Assembly (NCBI GenBank): GCA_938045435.1
Contig: CALIBA010000186.1
Coordinates: 1 to 46,509, forward strand
From: an uncultured Selenomonas sp.
GTDB lineage: Bacteria > Bacillota > Negativicutes > Selenomonadales > Selenomonadaceae
DNA: 46,509 bases
Direction: 5' to 3'
Below are positions 37,439-46,509 of this stretch, in pieces (positions within the stretch are counted from its first letter, which is position 1; every line of letters begins with the position of its first letter). The position numbers and the translations under genes are program-made. The notes beneath the pieces were generated by a model. That model searched no databases, had not been told where the DNA came from, and saw only the letters and a list, made by a program, of their open reading frames with translations.

Positions 37439-38698
37439 ATGGATGCAGCAACATTAACATTGATCGTGCTGGGCGTGGCCGCGGTGTTCTTCGCCACGGA
37501 GATCATCCCGCTCGCAGTCACGGCAATGGGTGCGGCAATCGCACTGGGGCTCTTGGGGGTCCTAACACCCAAGGAGGTATTTTCCGGATTATCCAATTCC
37601 ACCGTTGTTCTCTTTGCAGGCATGTTCGTCATCGGCGCAGCGATGTTCCAAACGGGACTGGCGCAATGGATTGGAATTGCCGTGGTGAAAAAATCCGGCA
37701 CAAATGAGCGCGCGCTGATGACTGCACTGATGACCATTACAATTATTCTATCATCGGTATCATCGAATACAGCAACCGTTGCCTGCCTCATGCCGGTGGT
37801 TATCCAGATCTGCGCGGCTGCGAAGGTTCCGGTTTCCCCGCAGCTCATGGCGCTCGCCGTCGCGGCGAACGTCGGCGGCACCATCACGATGATCGGCACC
37901 CCGCCGAACATCCTCATGAGTGCAACACTCCAGGCGAGCGGGCTTCAGCCCTTTGGCTTCTTTGAGTTTGCATGGATCGGCATCCCCCTTTCCATCGTCG
38001 GCATTCTCTACATGCTCTCGATCGGCTATAAGCTCTGCCCACGCCATGAGGTAAAAGTCGAGGGCGAAGCGAAGACAGAAGAAGGCCCCAAGGACAAGAA
38101 AAAGATGATGATCTGCCTTGCGATTCTCCTGTGTGTCATCGTCGCAATGGTACTTGCCAAAGACATCAATGTGCCTATGCAGACATCCGCCATCATCGGC
38201 GCACTCGCCTGTGTCCTCACGGGCTGTCTCTCGGAAAAGCAGGCATACGCCGGCATCGATTGGACGACCATCTTCCTCTTTGCTGGTATGCTCCCGCTGG
38301 CAAGCGCCATGGATAAGAGCGGCGCAGGCAAACTCATCGCCGAGTTCGTCGTAGGGCTGATGGGCGCATCGCCCTCCCCGATCGTCATCGTCATCGCGAT
38401 GTTCATTCTCTCCTGCGGTCTCACACAGTTCATGTCGAACACCGCAGCCGCGGCGCTTTTGGCCCCAATCGGTATCTCGATTGCACAGTCCATCGGCGCT
38501 TCCCCCTATCCGGTCATCATGGCAATCGGCATTGCCGCATCCTGCGCATTTACGACGCCGGTCGCGACCCCGCCGAACACCCTCGTGCTTGGCCCCGGAC
38601 AGTTCCGCTTTATGGACTACGTCAAGGTCGGCGTACCTCTTGCCATTCTCTCTATGATTTTGTGCGCGGTTGTCATTCCGCTGGTATGGCCGTTCTAA
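37439..38698 (+). CDS. SLC13/DASS family permease, copy 2 (tandem duplicate)
   Basis: 419 aa from ATG 37439; near-identical to copy 1. Confidence 0.93.
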   Translation: MDAATLTLIVLGVAAVFFATEIIPLAVTAMGAAIALGLLGVLTPKEVFSGLSNSTVVLFAGMFVIGAAMFQTGLAQWIGIAVVKKSGTNERALMTALMTITIILSSVSSNTATVACLMPVVIQICAAAKVPVSPQLMALAVAANVGGTITMIGTPPNILMSATLQASGLQPFGFFEFAWIGIPLSIVGILYMLSIGYKLCPRHEVKVEGEAKTEEGPKDKKKMMICLAILLCVIVAMVLAKDINVPMQTSAIIGALACVLTGCLSEKQAYAGIDWTTIFLFAGMLPLASAMDKSGAGKLIAEFVVGLMGASPSPIVIVIAMFILSCGLTQFMSNTAAAALLAPIGISIAQSIGASPYPVIMAIGIAASCAFTTPVATPPNTLVLGPGQFRFMDYVKVGVPLAILSMILCAVVIPLVWPF

Positions 38699-38855
38699 GG
38701 AATCACTGAAAATGAAGCTCGTCAGATTGGCGTAGATTTTTTCATCCGAACAAGGCGGAAAACCGGCTACAGAGCGATGCTCTATGACGGATTTTCCACC
38801 GAAGTACAGGCAAAAGATGCGTCAAGCGCCGAACGCTGAATTTATCAGCAGCTCC
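38699..38855. mobile_element. 157-bp MITE-like non-autonomous element with CTAA target duplication
   Basis: Imperfect TIRs (GGAATCACTGAAAA / TTTATCAGCAGCTCC), CTAA on both sides, and an empty site after paralogue 1. Confidence 0.75.
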
Positions 38856-38923
38856 CTAAGACAACGACACAAAAAATACGGACAGCTGCATGATGCACTT
38901 TCCATGCTTGGAAATGCACGCAA

Positions 38924-38968
38924 CCACAAAGCCCTCTGGCGGAGTCTCCTCTGCCGGAGGGCTTTGTG
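38924..38968. terminator. Long hairpin/terminator
   Basis: CACAAAGCCCTC...GAGGGCTTTGTG. Confidence 0.7.
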
Positions 38969-39190
38969 CAGTATGCCCCGCATTTTCTGCGCATTATGAA
39001 AGACCCTATTTTTCAGAAAAATTGATGCATCGCATCACCAAATCACAGCATTTTGTGATATACTATCCTTAACATAAGGAAGCGGACGCACCATGTACAC
39101 GGTGCCCGCATACCGTTTGCCCGGAAAACGCCTTGCGTCCCATCTGCGGCATATCGCGGATCAACGTTATCAGCATAAGGAGAACAGCCC

Positions 39191-40429
39191 ATGGAAAAAA
39201 AACTTTTGCTCAGCCGCCTCGAAGCCTTTGACCCGGAGATCTACGCGTTCCTGCAAGAGGAAAAACAGCGTCAGCGCTACACGCTCTCCCTCGTGCCGAG
39301 TGTCAACGCGATGTCGCCGTTTGCGGCGTATCTGGAGGGGAGCATCCTCACGAACTGCGTCTATGACCGACATGACGAGACCGCGACCGGCGGGCTGCAT
39401 CTTGAGTCCATCGTGCAGGAGCGCACCAAAGAGGTATTCGGCTGCGACCACGCCATCGTTCGCCTCGGCAACATCGCCGCCGCCTCGCGCGTGGTTTTTC
39501 ACGCCCTGCTCCAACCGGGGGACTGCGTACTTTCGTTCAACCTGCGCAAACAAGAACACATCTCGGGACTGTCCTATGTCTTTGAAAACTATGGCATCGA
39601 TCCTGCAACACAACAGATTGACTGGGGCGAGATACGCGCACATGCAGAGCGCATACGTCCGCGCATCATCATCTTCTCTCCGGTCAGCTTCCCGCGCACA
39701 ATCGACTACCGCATTCTCTCAGAGATTGCCCAATCCGTTGATGCCTATCTCTGGGTAGACATCAGCCAGACCGTCGGGCTCATCGCCGCCGGGCTGCTCC
39801 CCTCGCCCGTGATGCTCGCCGACGTTGTGACATTCTCCACAGGCGGTTCCCTGCGCGGGCCGGACGGCGCCATCCTGCTCTGTAAAAACGAGATCGCGGC
39901 ACGCATGGACGCGACCGTCGTCAATACCGGCCGTGCCGCGCTCCATATGAATCACCTCGCAGCCCTTGGCGTCGTCCTGCGTGAAGCGACGAGCGAGAAC
40001 TTCCGCCGCTACGGCGAACAGGTACTAAAGAACGCAGAGGTGCTTGCCCGCGCCCTCCGCGACCACGGTGCCTCGGTGCTGTGCGGCGGCACCGATACAC
40101 ACCTCGTGCTCGCCTCCTCGGCGGGCAATGTAGACATCGTGGAGGCGACGAACGCCATCAGCTATATGAGCGTCCGCGTCAAACGGGAAAATGTGCCGAC
40201 CATGAACCCGGGCCTTTTCCTCCACGCACTGCGCCTTTCGGCATTCAACCCGACAACGCGCTCGCTCAAAGAGGAGGATATGGCATATCTCGGTATGTTG
40301 CTGGCAAAGCCGCTGACGCAGTCCCTCTCCCCCGAGGAAATCGCAAAAGCACGCGATGAAATCATCGCCCTTGTCAAGGACAGCCCCATCTTCTCCGAGG
40401 AGTGGATGGGTGAGAATCCGGAAAACTAA
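39191..40429 (+). CDS. Serine hydroxymethyltransferase-like protein lacking the PLP-binding lysine
   Basis: Collinear with GlyA (FDPEI...EKQRQ, GLIAAGL.PSP, SLRGP.G, GGTDTHL), but the THK motif reads TGG. Confidence 0.85.
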   Translation: MEKKLLLSRLEAFDPEIYAFLQEEKQRQRYTLSLVPSVNAMSPFAAYLEGSILTNCVYDRHDETATGGLHLESIVQERTKEVFGCDHAIVRLGNIAAASRVVFHALLQPGDCVLSFNLRKQEHISGLSYVFENYGIDPATQQIDWGEIRAHAERIRPRIIIFSPVSFPRTIDYRILSEIAQSVDAYLWVDISQTVGLIAAGLLPSPVMLADVVTFSTGGSLRGPDGAILLCKNEIAARMDATVVNTGRAALHMNHLAALGVVLREATSENFRRYGEQVLKNAEVLARALRDHGASVLCGGTDTHLVLASSAGNVDIVEATNAISYMSVRVKRENVPTMNPGLFLHALRLSAFNPTTRSLKEEDMAYLGMLLAKPLTQSLSPEEIAKARDEIIALVKDSPIFSEEWMGENPEN

Positions 40430-40437
40430 AACGCCAT

Positions 40438-40489
40438 AGCAATAGCAAAAGAGCGATGAATACGTATTCATCGCTCTTTTGCTATTGCT
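40438..40489. terminator. 52-bp perfect palindrome, probable bidirectional terminator
   Basis: AGCAATAGCAAAAGAGCGATGAATAC|GTATTCATCGCTCTTTTGCTATTGCT between convergent genes. Confidence 0.75.
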
Positions 40490-40543
40490 GACATGATGCC
40501 GCTCCCGATGCGCGCCCGCAGCTTTTAGGATGTGCTGCGGCAG

Positions 40544-41458
40544 TCATCTGCCGCCCGCCCCGATGATTTCCTTCCAGATATACCCCTCCCGGACACCAGA
40601 GTCACTGTACGCGATGTCTTCGGCGGCAAAAGTCTCAGCGAGGACGCTCATGATGAGCATACCGGGGATGATATTGTGGAGGCGATCCGGGGCACTGCGC
40701 AGAAGAATGGCCGTGCGCTCCTCGTCAAGGGGGACACCGCCGCAAAACATCCGGATCATATCCGGCAGATGCGCCGCACGCAAAATATACGGCGCATCGC
40801 TCGGATAGAGAAGACCGTGCATCCGGCTCGCACTGCTGAGAATCCCGCCCATGCCGATCATATGCCGTGCGCGCAGTGCGCACACCGCAGGCACAGTCCC
40901 CAGTATGCGGCGCACCTCATCCCTGAGGACGGCACACTCGCCTGCCGTCGGAAGCAGCCCCGCCACGCGTCCGCTGCGCATGGCGAGCGAGCCGAGGGGC
41001 AGGCTCCATCTGCCCTGCATCTGGTGTGCGGCAAAGGAAACGATCTCCGTACTGCCGCCGCCAATATCCACGAGAATCCCGTCCGCATGCACGATGCTTT
41101 GCGTCGCACCGATAAAGTCGTAGGCAGCTTCCTCATCACCCGTGATGATCCGGATATGGACGCCCGTACGCCGCTGCACCTCTTGCAGGACGGCGCTGCT
41201 GTTCGCTGCCGTACGCAGTGCCGCCGTTGCAAAGGTATGAACACGGCTGATGTGAAGTGCCTCAATCAGATCCGTAAAGCCGCGCAAGATTTTGACCATT
41301 TTCTCGATGCCGTCACGGACGAGATGCCCCTTCTCCAAATAGCCTGCAAGCCCGACGGTATGCTTGCGCTTCATGAGGAGGTCAAACGTCCTGCCCTCGA
41401 TCTGGTAGATCGCCATGCGGATGGTGTTCGACCCAATGTCGATGATGGCATGCAGCAT
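40544..41458 (-). CDS. ppx: Ppx/GppA family exopolyphosphatase (short form)
   Basis: IDIGSNTIR, ATAALR.A.N, GDEEA, DIGGGSTE, GVREG motifs. Confidence 0.9.
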   Translation of the reverse strand: MLHAIIDIGSNTIRMAIYQIEGRTFDLLMKRKHTVGLAGYLEKGHLVRDGIEKMVKILRGFTDLIEALHISRVHTFATAALRTAANSSAVLQEVQRRTGVHIRIITGDEEAAYDFIGATQSIVHADGILVDIGGGSTEIVSFAAHQMQGRWSLPLGSLAMRSGRVAGLLPTAGECAVLRDEVRRILGTVPAVCALRARHMIGMGGILSSASRMHGLLYPSDAPYILRAAHLPDMIRMFCGGVPLDEERTAILLRSAPDRLHNIIPGMLIMSVLAETFAAEDIAYSDSGVREGYIWKEIIGAGGR

Positions 41459-41462
41459 GATG

Positions 41463-42464
41463 CTACCGCTTCAGCCCGCTGCCGGGCACGGGGAGGATGA
41501 CGCGGTAATTGTCCGGCATCCCATCTGCAAAGAAACTGCGCGCCCCCGCAAGTGCTGCTGCCGCTGTCAGCTCTGCATAGAGCCCACGTCTGTTGAGCTG
41601 CTTTGCCGCCTTAAGGATCTCGCTGTCCTCGACGGCAATCGCATCGCCCCTGCTCCTTTGCAGCACCGTGCACAGTTCATCCAAGCGCGGCGGCGCACTG
41701 ACACGAATGGACTCTGCGATGGTGTTTTTGCGCGGTGTCTCAGGCAGGTAGTGGAACGCCTCCACGACGGGCGCACATTTTGTACTCTGCACGGCAACGA
41801 AATGCGGCAGCCGTCCGAGTTTTGCAAAGCCATGATACAGCCCCAGAAGGAGAGAACCGTTGCCGACGGGAACAAAAATATATTCGGGCACCGCACCGCC
41901 GAGCTGCTCATAGATCTCATGTGCCATCCCGCCCACGCCGTCGGCAAAGAGCGGATTGTAGACATGGGAGGCATAGTAATCACTGCCCAGCTCCGCACGC
42001 GCCACGCTGCCCGCGTTCATCCGTCCGTTCGGCACACGCACGACATCAGCGCCATACGCAGTGATCTGCTTAACCCGCTCTGCGGATATGTCATCCGGCA
42101 CATAGACCCGGCACGCGATGCCCGCAGCCGCTGCATAGGCGGCAACGGCGGCGCCGGCATTGCCCGAGGAGTCGATCACAACGCGCTCTATCCCAAGATA
42201 GGAAAGCTCTCCAATGAGACGCTTCGCCCCACGGTCCTTAAAGGAGCCGGTCGGCTGACGATCCTCCATTTTAAGATAAAAGCGCAGTCCGTCAATCGAC
42301 AGCGGCAAAAGCGGTGTCATCGTCTCCCCGAGCGTTATCGCCATGTGGGGACTATCTTCGTCCATCTCCGTTTGGTACAGGTGAAAAAGACCGCCGCATC
42401 CACACGCATAGGAATGCGTTGCGACGGGGTATTCCTTTTTGCATCGCTCACAGTAGAAGTGCAT
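41463..42464 (-). CDS. Threonine synthase-like PLP-dependent enzyme
   Basis: N-terminal CxxC...CxC, LGE..TP, PTGSFKDRG (PLP lysine), DSSGNAG, PVGNG motifs. Confidence 0.85.
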   Translation of the reverse strand: MHFYCERCKKEYPVATHSYACGCGGLFHLYQTEMDEDSPHMAITLGETMTPLLPLSIDGLRFYLKMEDRQPTGSFKDRGAKRLIGELSYLGIERVVIDSSGNAGAAVAAYAAAAGIACRVYVPDDISAERVKQITAYGADVVRVPNGRMNAGSVARAELGSDYYASHVYNPLFADGVGGMAHEIYEQLGGAVPEYIFVPVGNGSLLLGLYHGFAKLGRLPHFVAVQSTKCAPVVEAFHYLPETPRKNTIAESIRVSAPPRLDELCTVLQRSRGDAIAVEDSEILKAAKQLNRRGLYAELTAAAALAGARSFFADGMPDNYRVILPVPGSGLKR

Positions 42465-42524
42465 GATGGATCCTCCTCCTGAACGTATGAAGCTGCGGCT
42501 CTTTGACATATATGTGAATGTTGC

Positions 42525-44384
42525 TTACTGCGCAGCGCCGCCCGCATCCGCCGCGTCCGCTGCATACACGGGCGGCGCAACGTCCTCTGTGAGGCTGTGC
42601 GTGCCGAGCATCGTCGTTAGCGTCTCGCGCGTAAAGCCATAGGTGGGGCTTGAAAAATCCTGCCGAGGGTCGTAGCGGTTCGAGGGCGCTCCAAGCAGCC
42701 CACAAACCGTGTCGTACATCATATCATTGGTAAAATACGTCTCCCTGTGCGCGGCGAGCATCTCCGTGCGGCGCGGCATCGCGGCGCGGTATGCCGGAGA
42801 GAGATAGATAAAAAATGGAATGCGCACCATATCAAAACGGAATACATCTGGATTGTGCGAGATCTTGAGATTTTCTCCGTGGTCGGAGAAATAGACCATC
42901 GCTCTTAGATTGAGATTCTTCTCTGCATAGTTAAATATCTCAGAGAGGATATGGTCGGTGTAGAGAATGCTGTTCGCGTAGGACGGCGCACTCGTCATTG
43001 TCGAATCCCCCTCCGCCGAGGCGAACTTCGCCCACGCATCGGGATAGCGGTTGTTATAGTAGATGTGGCTGCCCATCAGATGCAGCACGATGAAGTTGTT
43101 GGCATTCGGATCAATGCGCGTCAGATACGGCAGCAGACTCTCATCATACTTCGTCGTAAAGGTATAGGAGTCGTCCGTCCACTCTGCCATATCTGCCGTC
43201 TTTGCAACCATTGTAATCGCACTGTCAAACTGTCCGTAGCGCCCCTGATTGCTGAACCAATACGTCTTGTAGCCGATTTTCCGCGCCACATCGATGATGG
43301 AGGCCGACTCGAAAAACTCCTTGTCGTTATACTGGCTCTTTTCTGTGAGCGCACGCTCTAAAACCGGCACCGTCTGTGTCCACGCTGCATACGTATTCTG
43401 ATAGATGAAGAATCCCTCGCGTGCTGCCATGTATTCTAGCCACGGCGTATTCTCGTAGGGAAACGCCGGCGTATAGAAGTGCATATAATCACGCGAGGCA
43501 GACTCACCGATGACGAAAATCACCGTGCCCGGCGCACGCGTCGCAAGCGTATTCTCTGTATCAATGATGAGCGACGCATACCGCTCGTCTTGATTAAGAC
43601 TGTATGACTGCGTTTCCTCGACGTAGGTCGTCACGTCCTTATAAAGCCCTGCGATGGAGCACTCCGGGATAAGGACGATATGCACAGCCGCCGCTGCGAG
43701 GCTAACGAGTACGAGTGCGCCCATGCGCGATCCTTCTGCCGTCGGATGGATGCGCTGCGCGAGCACGAGAAAACTCCGATAGGTGCCATACACGAGCAGC
43801 AACAGCAAAAAGACAATCAGCGCTGCGGGCAAAATGCCCACCGTTGACTCGATGTAGTCCATCGCCTCGTGCCAGTTCGTCAGATAGAGCGCCATCAGCG
43901 ACGCCGGGCTGAGTGCATGCCAGACTGTCATATAGTAGGCAATCTGCGTGAGCGGGATGAGTGCCGTCAAAAAGGCAAGCACGGCGAGCAGCAGCGCCGT
44001 CAGCCGCCTGTGCCCGAGGTGAAAAAACACCCCGCCGAGCGCCGCGAGTACGATCATCTGCGACGTGCCGATCAGAAAATCATAATAAATCAGCGAGCGA
44101 AACCAGTCCTTTTCATAAGTCCATGCGTAGAGGAGCGGAAAGGTCACGCACCACAGCAGCCCCGGAACCATCGCCCCGAGCATCCCCCGCGAAAAAAGCG
44201 GTACCCCCGTTCCATATTGGAGTAGGACGAGCGCTGCAAGCACGGGGATGAGCGCCGGCAAAAAATACTCCGCGCCCATATTCTCACCCATATTGATATA
44301 AACAGCGGTCATCGTGAGAAAATACGCACCTGCCGCTGCCGCAAAACGGATCAGCTCATTGACCCGCTCGGTCGATAGATTCAT
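42525..44384 (-). CDS. Phosphoethanolamine transferase (EptA/CptA-like)
   Basis: N-terminal TM helices, VIGES, SNQG, HLMGSH, SDHGE motifs. Confidence 0.88.
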   Translation of the reverse strand: MNLSTERVNELIRFAAAAGAYFLTMTAVYINMGENMGAEYFLPALIPVLAALVLLQYGTGVPLFSRGMLGAMVPGLLWCVTFPLLYAWTYEKDWFRSLIYYDFLIGTSQMIVLAALGGVFFHLGHRRLTALLLAVLAFLTALIPLTQIAYYMTVWHALSPASLMALYLTNWHEAMDYIESTVGILPAALIVFLLLLLVYGTYRSFLVLAQRIHPTAEGSRMGALVLVSLAAAAVHIVLIPECSIAGLYKDVTTYVEETQSYSLNQDERYASLIIDTENTLATRAPGTVIFVIGESASRDYMHFYTPAFPYENTPWLEYMAAREGFFIYQNTYAAWTQTVPVLERALTEKSQYNDKEFFESASIIDVARKIGYKTYWFSNQGRYGQFDSAITMVAKTADMAEWTDDSYTFTTKYDESLLPYLTRIDPNANNFIVLHLMGSHIYYNNRYPDAWAKFASAEGDSTMTSAPSYANSILYTDHILSEIFNYAEKNLNLRAMVYFSDHGENLKISHNPDVFRFDMVRIPFFIYLSPAYRAAMPRRTEMLAAHRETYFTNDMMYDTVCGLLGAPSNRYDPRQDFSSPTYGFTRETLTTMLGTHSLTEDVAPPVYAADAADAGGAAQ

Positions 44385-44393
44385 TCAGCTGCA

Positions 44394-45125
44394 CTACTCC
44401 ATAACAAAAATTTCAAGATCCTGCCGTCCAAAGGACAGCGCTTCCTCGTGGCTTTCAAATGCAATGTCAATCCGGTTGCCCCGAATCGCACCGCCGACGT
44501 CCTCTGCAATCGCCTCGCCATAGCCTGGGATAAAGACGCGTGTGCCGAGCGGGATGACCGCAGGATCCACCGCGATCACACCGCGGCGCAGGAGCGTCCC
44601 CATCGCCGTGCGGTTCGTATTCCCTGGGTCAAACGCGCTGTACGCCGTCGCCGACACATAAAGCGAGCGCCCCTGTCCGCGGCTCGCGAGCGGCGCATGC
44701 CCGCTCACGGGGAACGCATAGACCTCCTCCTCGATGCCAAGTGACGCGGGGTCATAGGGCACTCCGCCCGAGAGCACGAGATAGGTCGCTGCGCCGCAGA
44801 TGCCATCGACGACGAGCATATGTTCCTCTTGGCAGCGCTCAATCGCCGCGCGCGTCAGTGGTCCTGCGATGCCGTCCGCAGCCCCCTCCAAATACCCCGC
44901 CGCAATCAGCAGCTCCTGCACATGGCGCACCGGAGCACCGCGCGTTCCTTCTTCCACGCGCAGATATGCCGCCTCTGCGGGCGCATGTACGGCAATGGGC
45001 GCCATCGCGGCAAGCACCGCACCGATTGAAAGACTGCGCCGAAAATGCTGCCCTTGCCGCACATGACGCACGACCCACAGCAGCCCGCGTGCTGCCAAAA
45101 GAACCTTCCACATCCGTCTCATCAT
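44394..45125 (-). CDS. Peptidoglycan-binding plus 3D-domain protein
   Basis: DGIAGPLT...DGICG PG-binding domain, ASRG linker, ATAY...IAVDP.VIPLGT...AEDVGGAI.GNRID. Confidence 0.88.
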   Translation of the reverse strand: MMRRMWKVLLAARGLLWVVRHVRQGQHFRRSLSIGAVLAAMAPIAVHAPAEAAYLRVEEGTRGAPVRHVQELLIAAGYLEGAADGIAGPLTRAAIERCQEEHMLVVDGICGAATYLVLSGGVPYDPASLGIEEEVYAFPVSGHAPLASRGQGRSLYVSATAYSAFDPGNTNRTAMGTLLRRGVIAVDPAVIPLGTRVFIPGYGEAIAEDVGGAIRGNRIDIAFESHEEALSFGRQDLEIFVME

Positions 45126-45195
45126 ATCCCGCGCTCCCTTCCTTACCAAACATCTCTCTTCTGCTGTTCATTTTACCATAAAGGCAGAAATACCG

Positions 45196-46026
45196 TCAAA
45201 CAGGTGCGATAGAAAGCTGTGGCACCGCAGGGATCAGCCCGTCCTCGGCCGCATACCGATAAAAGAGCCGCAGCCCCGCAAGCGTCTCCTCATCCAACTG
45301 CCACACAACCGCACTGCCGAGATACGCCAAAAGCTCTGCCCGCGTGAACCGTCCCTCTTTCAGCACCGCACCGATGGCATCCTCTTTCACATGCGCCCAT
45401 GCGTGAAAGGCACCCGCAATCCGCGCGTGCACATCCTGCAAGGTACGCGGATGCGCCGCGGCAAATCTGCGCGTCGTCGCCCAGACGCCAAAGACCATCC
45501 GCATGCCCGTAAGACTTTTCCATGCCTGCGCGAGATCGTAGACATGACAGCCCTTTGGCGGATGATGATAGAGCCAGAGCGCATCGTCCCCGATGATGAG
45601 CGCGGCGGCAGCCCCCGCCGGTACGGGGTCCTCAGGAGTGAGCGCACGCGTCTCGTAAATGGGTGCGGCGTGGTAGACACGGCGCAGGATGATCTTCAGC
45701 AGAGCATGAGATGTCGCGGATTTATCTGACAGCAGCACGCGCTGCGTGCCAATCTGCTCTGCAGGTACGCGGCTGACGAGAAGGACACTGCGCACATCGC
45801 CATCTGAGGCGATACAGGCAGACGGCATGAGGAGCAGCTCATCCGCATGTGCTGCATATGCAATCGACGAGACCCCCGACACATCCACCACCTGTGCCGT
45901 AAGTGCATCATTGAGCTGCGCAGGCGTCGCACGCAGGACGGTAATCCCCGCCGCTGCCCCATGCGCGAGAGCATAGGTCAGCGGCAGGACATTGAGAAAT
46001 GCAATATGACCGAGCCGCGGCATCAT
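45196..46026 (-). CDS. mqnA: Chorismate dehydratase MqnA (futalosine pathway)
   Basis: G.I.FLN.LP, G.VRSV, SATS, IGDDAL, DLA..W..LTG..MVFGVW motifs. Confidence 0.85.
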   Translation of the reverse strand: MMPRLGHIAFLNVLPLTYALAHGAAAGITVLRATPAQLNDALTAQVVDVSGVSSIAYAAHADELLLMPSACIASDGDVRSVLLVSRVPAEQIGTQRVLLSDKSATSHALLKIILRRVYHAAPIYETRALTPEDPVPAGAAAALIIGDDALWLYHHPPKGCHVYDLAQAWKSLTGMRMVFGVWATTRRFAAAHPRTLQDVHARIAGAFHAWAHVKEDAIGAVLKEGRFTRAELLAYLGSAVVWQLDEETLAGLRLFYRYAAEDGLIPAVPQLSIAPV

Positions 46027-46137
46027 AGGAGATCCCTCCTCTCTTTCTTCCTCTATTATAATCATTCTCTAAAGAAAAATACAGTATGTTTTGAACTTTG
46101 CTGTCATCGCTGTTGTTGAATCCCATTTCCTGCGCAG

Positions 46138-46166
46138 TTGAAAATCTCCCCCCGCGCCATTATAAT
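46138..46166 (+). promoter_or_regulatory. SigmaA promoter
   Basis: TTGAAA-N17-TATAAT. Confidence 0.7.
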
Positions 46167-46210
46167 AGGGTGGACAAAGGATTCAGGCAGGCAGAAAAGG
46201 AGTACGCAAA

Positions 46211-46509
46211 ATGACCGAACTCACCCTCAAATACGGCTGCAACCCGAACCAGACGCCCGCGCGCGTCTATGCGAAGGGAGGGCTTCCCTTCACCGTCCTC
46301 AACGGCAGACCGGGCTACATCAACCTGCTCGATGCACTGAACAGCTGGCAGCTCGTGCGCGAGTTAAAGGAGATGTCGAACCTGCCCGCAGCAGCCTCGT
46401 TTAAGCACGTCAGCCCCGCCGGTGCGGCACTGGGCCTGCCGCTCGGGGAGACGCTTGCGCATGTCTGCGGGGCTAAGGGACGCACCCTCTCCCCCGTTGC
46501 CGCTGCCTA
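46211..46509 (+). CDS. purH: Stand-alone AICAR transformylase (PurH C-terminal-domain type), truncated by the window edge
   Basis: [14 protein letters not shown]...[15 protein letters not shown]...[20 protein letters not shown]. Missing from the ORF track because no stop lies in the window. Confidence 0.88.
   Translation, partial: MTELTLKYGCNPNQTPARVYAKGGLPFTVLNGRPGYINLLDALNSWQLVRELKEMSNLPAAASFKHVSPAGAALGLPLGETLAHVCGAKGRTLSPVAAA

Noticed and set aside
38860..39190. Possible ZTP (pfl), glycine or THF riboswitch upstream of the SHMT-like gene; also checked upstream of purH
   Set aside because: I could not find the conserved motifs by eye, only a terminator-like hairpin. An Rfam scan would settle it.
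1..46509. CRISPR arrays, tRNA/rRNA genes, transposases, integrases and phage genes
   Set aside because: No regularly spaced repeats, cloverleafs or such protein motifs were seen.

Overview
Mostly GC-rich (~60%) chromosomal DNA of a diderm Firmicute, most likely Selenomonas/Centipeda-like Negativicutes (inferred from TonB-dependent receptors alongside Firmicute-type genes, csaB and mqnA). Bases ~1-705 are AT-richer (~42% GC by hand count), carry the 3' end of a DnaX-like gene and look foreign or mis-joined. The rest holds: an ABC-2 permease, an alpha/beta hydrolase, a GNAT, a flavin reductase, flavodoxin, a secA-prfB-DUF2993-like-DUF5693-csaB block, a second break at ~13855 joining two 5'-truncated genes, an aldo/keto reductase, a ~19 kb metal/cofactor uptake cluster (4 TonB-dependent receptors, a FecBCD-type ABC system, and an Opp/Nik-type ABC system behind a cobalamin riboswitch), tandem SLC13/DASS permeases, an SHMT-like gene, ppx, a thrC-like gene, a phosphoethanolamine transferase, a 3D-domain protein, mqnA and the start of a stand-alone AICAR transformylase. 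Best leads: (1) an unannotated type I toxin-antitoxin locus at ~14176-14460, with a 23-aa hydrophobic peptide, a sequestered RBS, 5'-3' fold-back and a convergent antisense promoter and terminator; (2) an SHMT homologue lacking the PLP-binding lysine; (3) a B12-riboswitch-controlled receptor plus Nik/Opp-type importer; (4) two families of small non-coding repeat/MITE elements, one with an empty-site paralogue in the same window.
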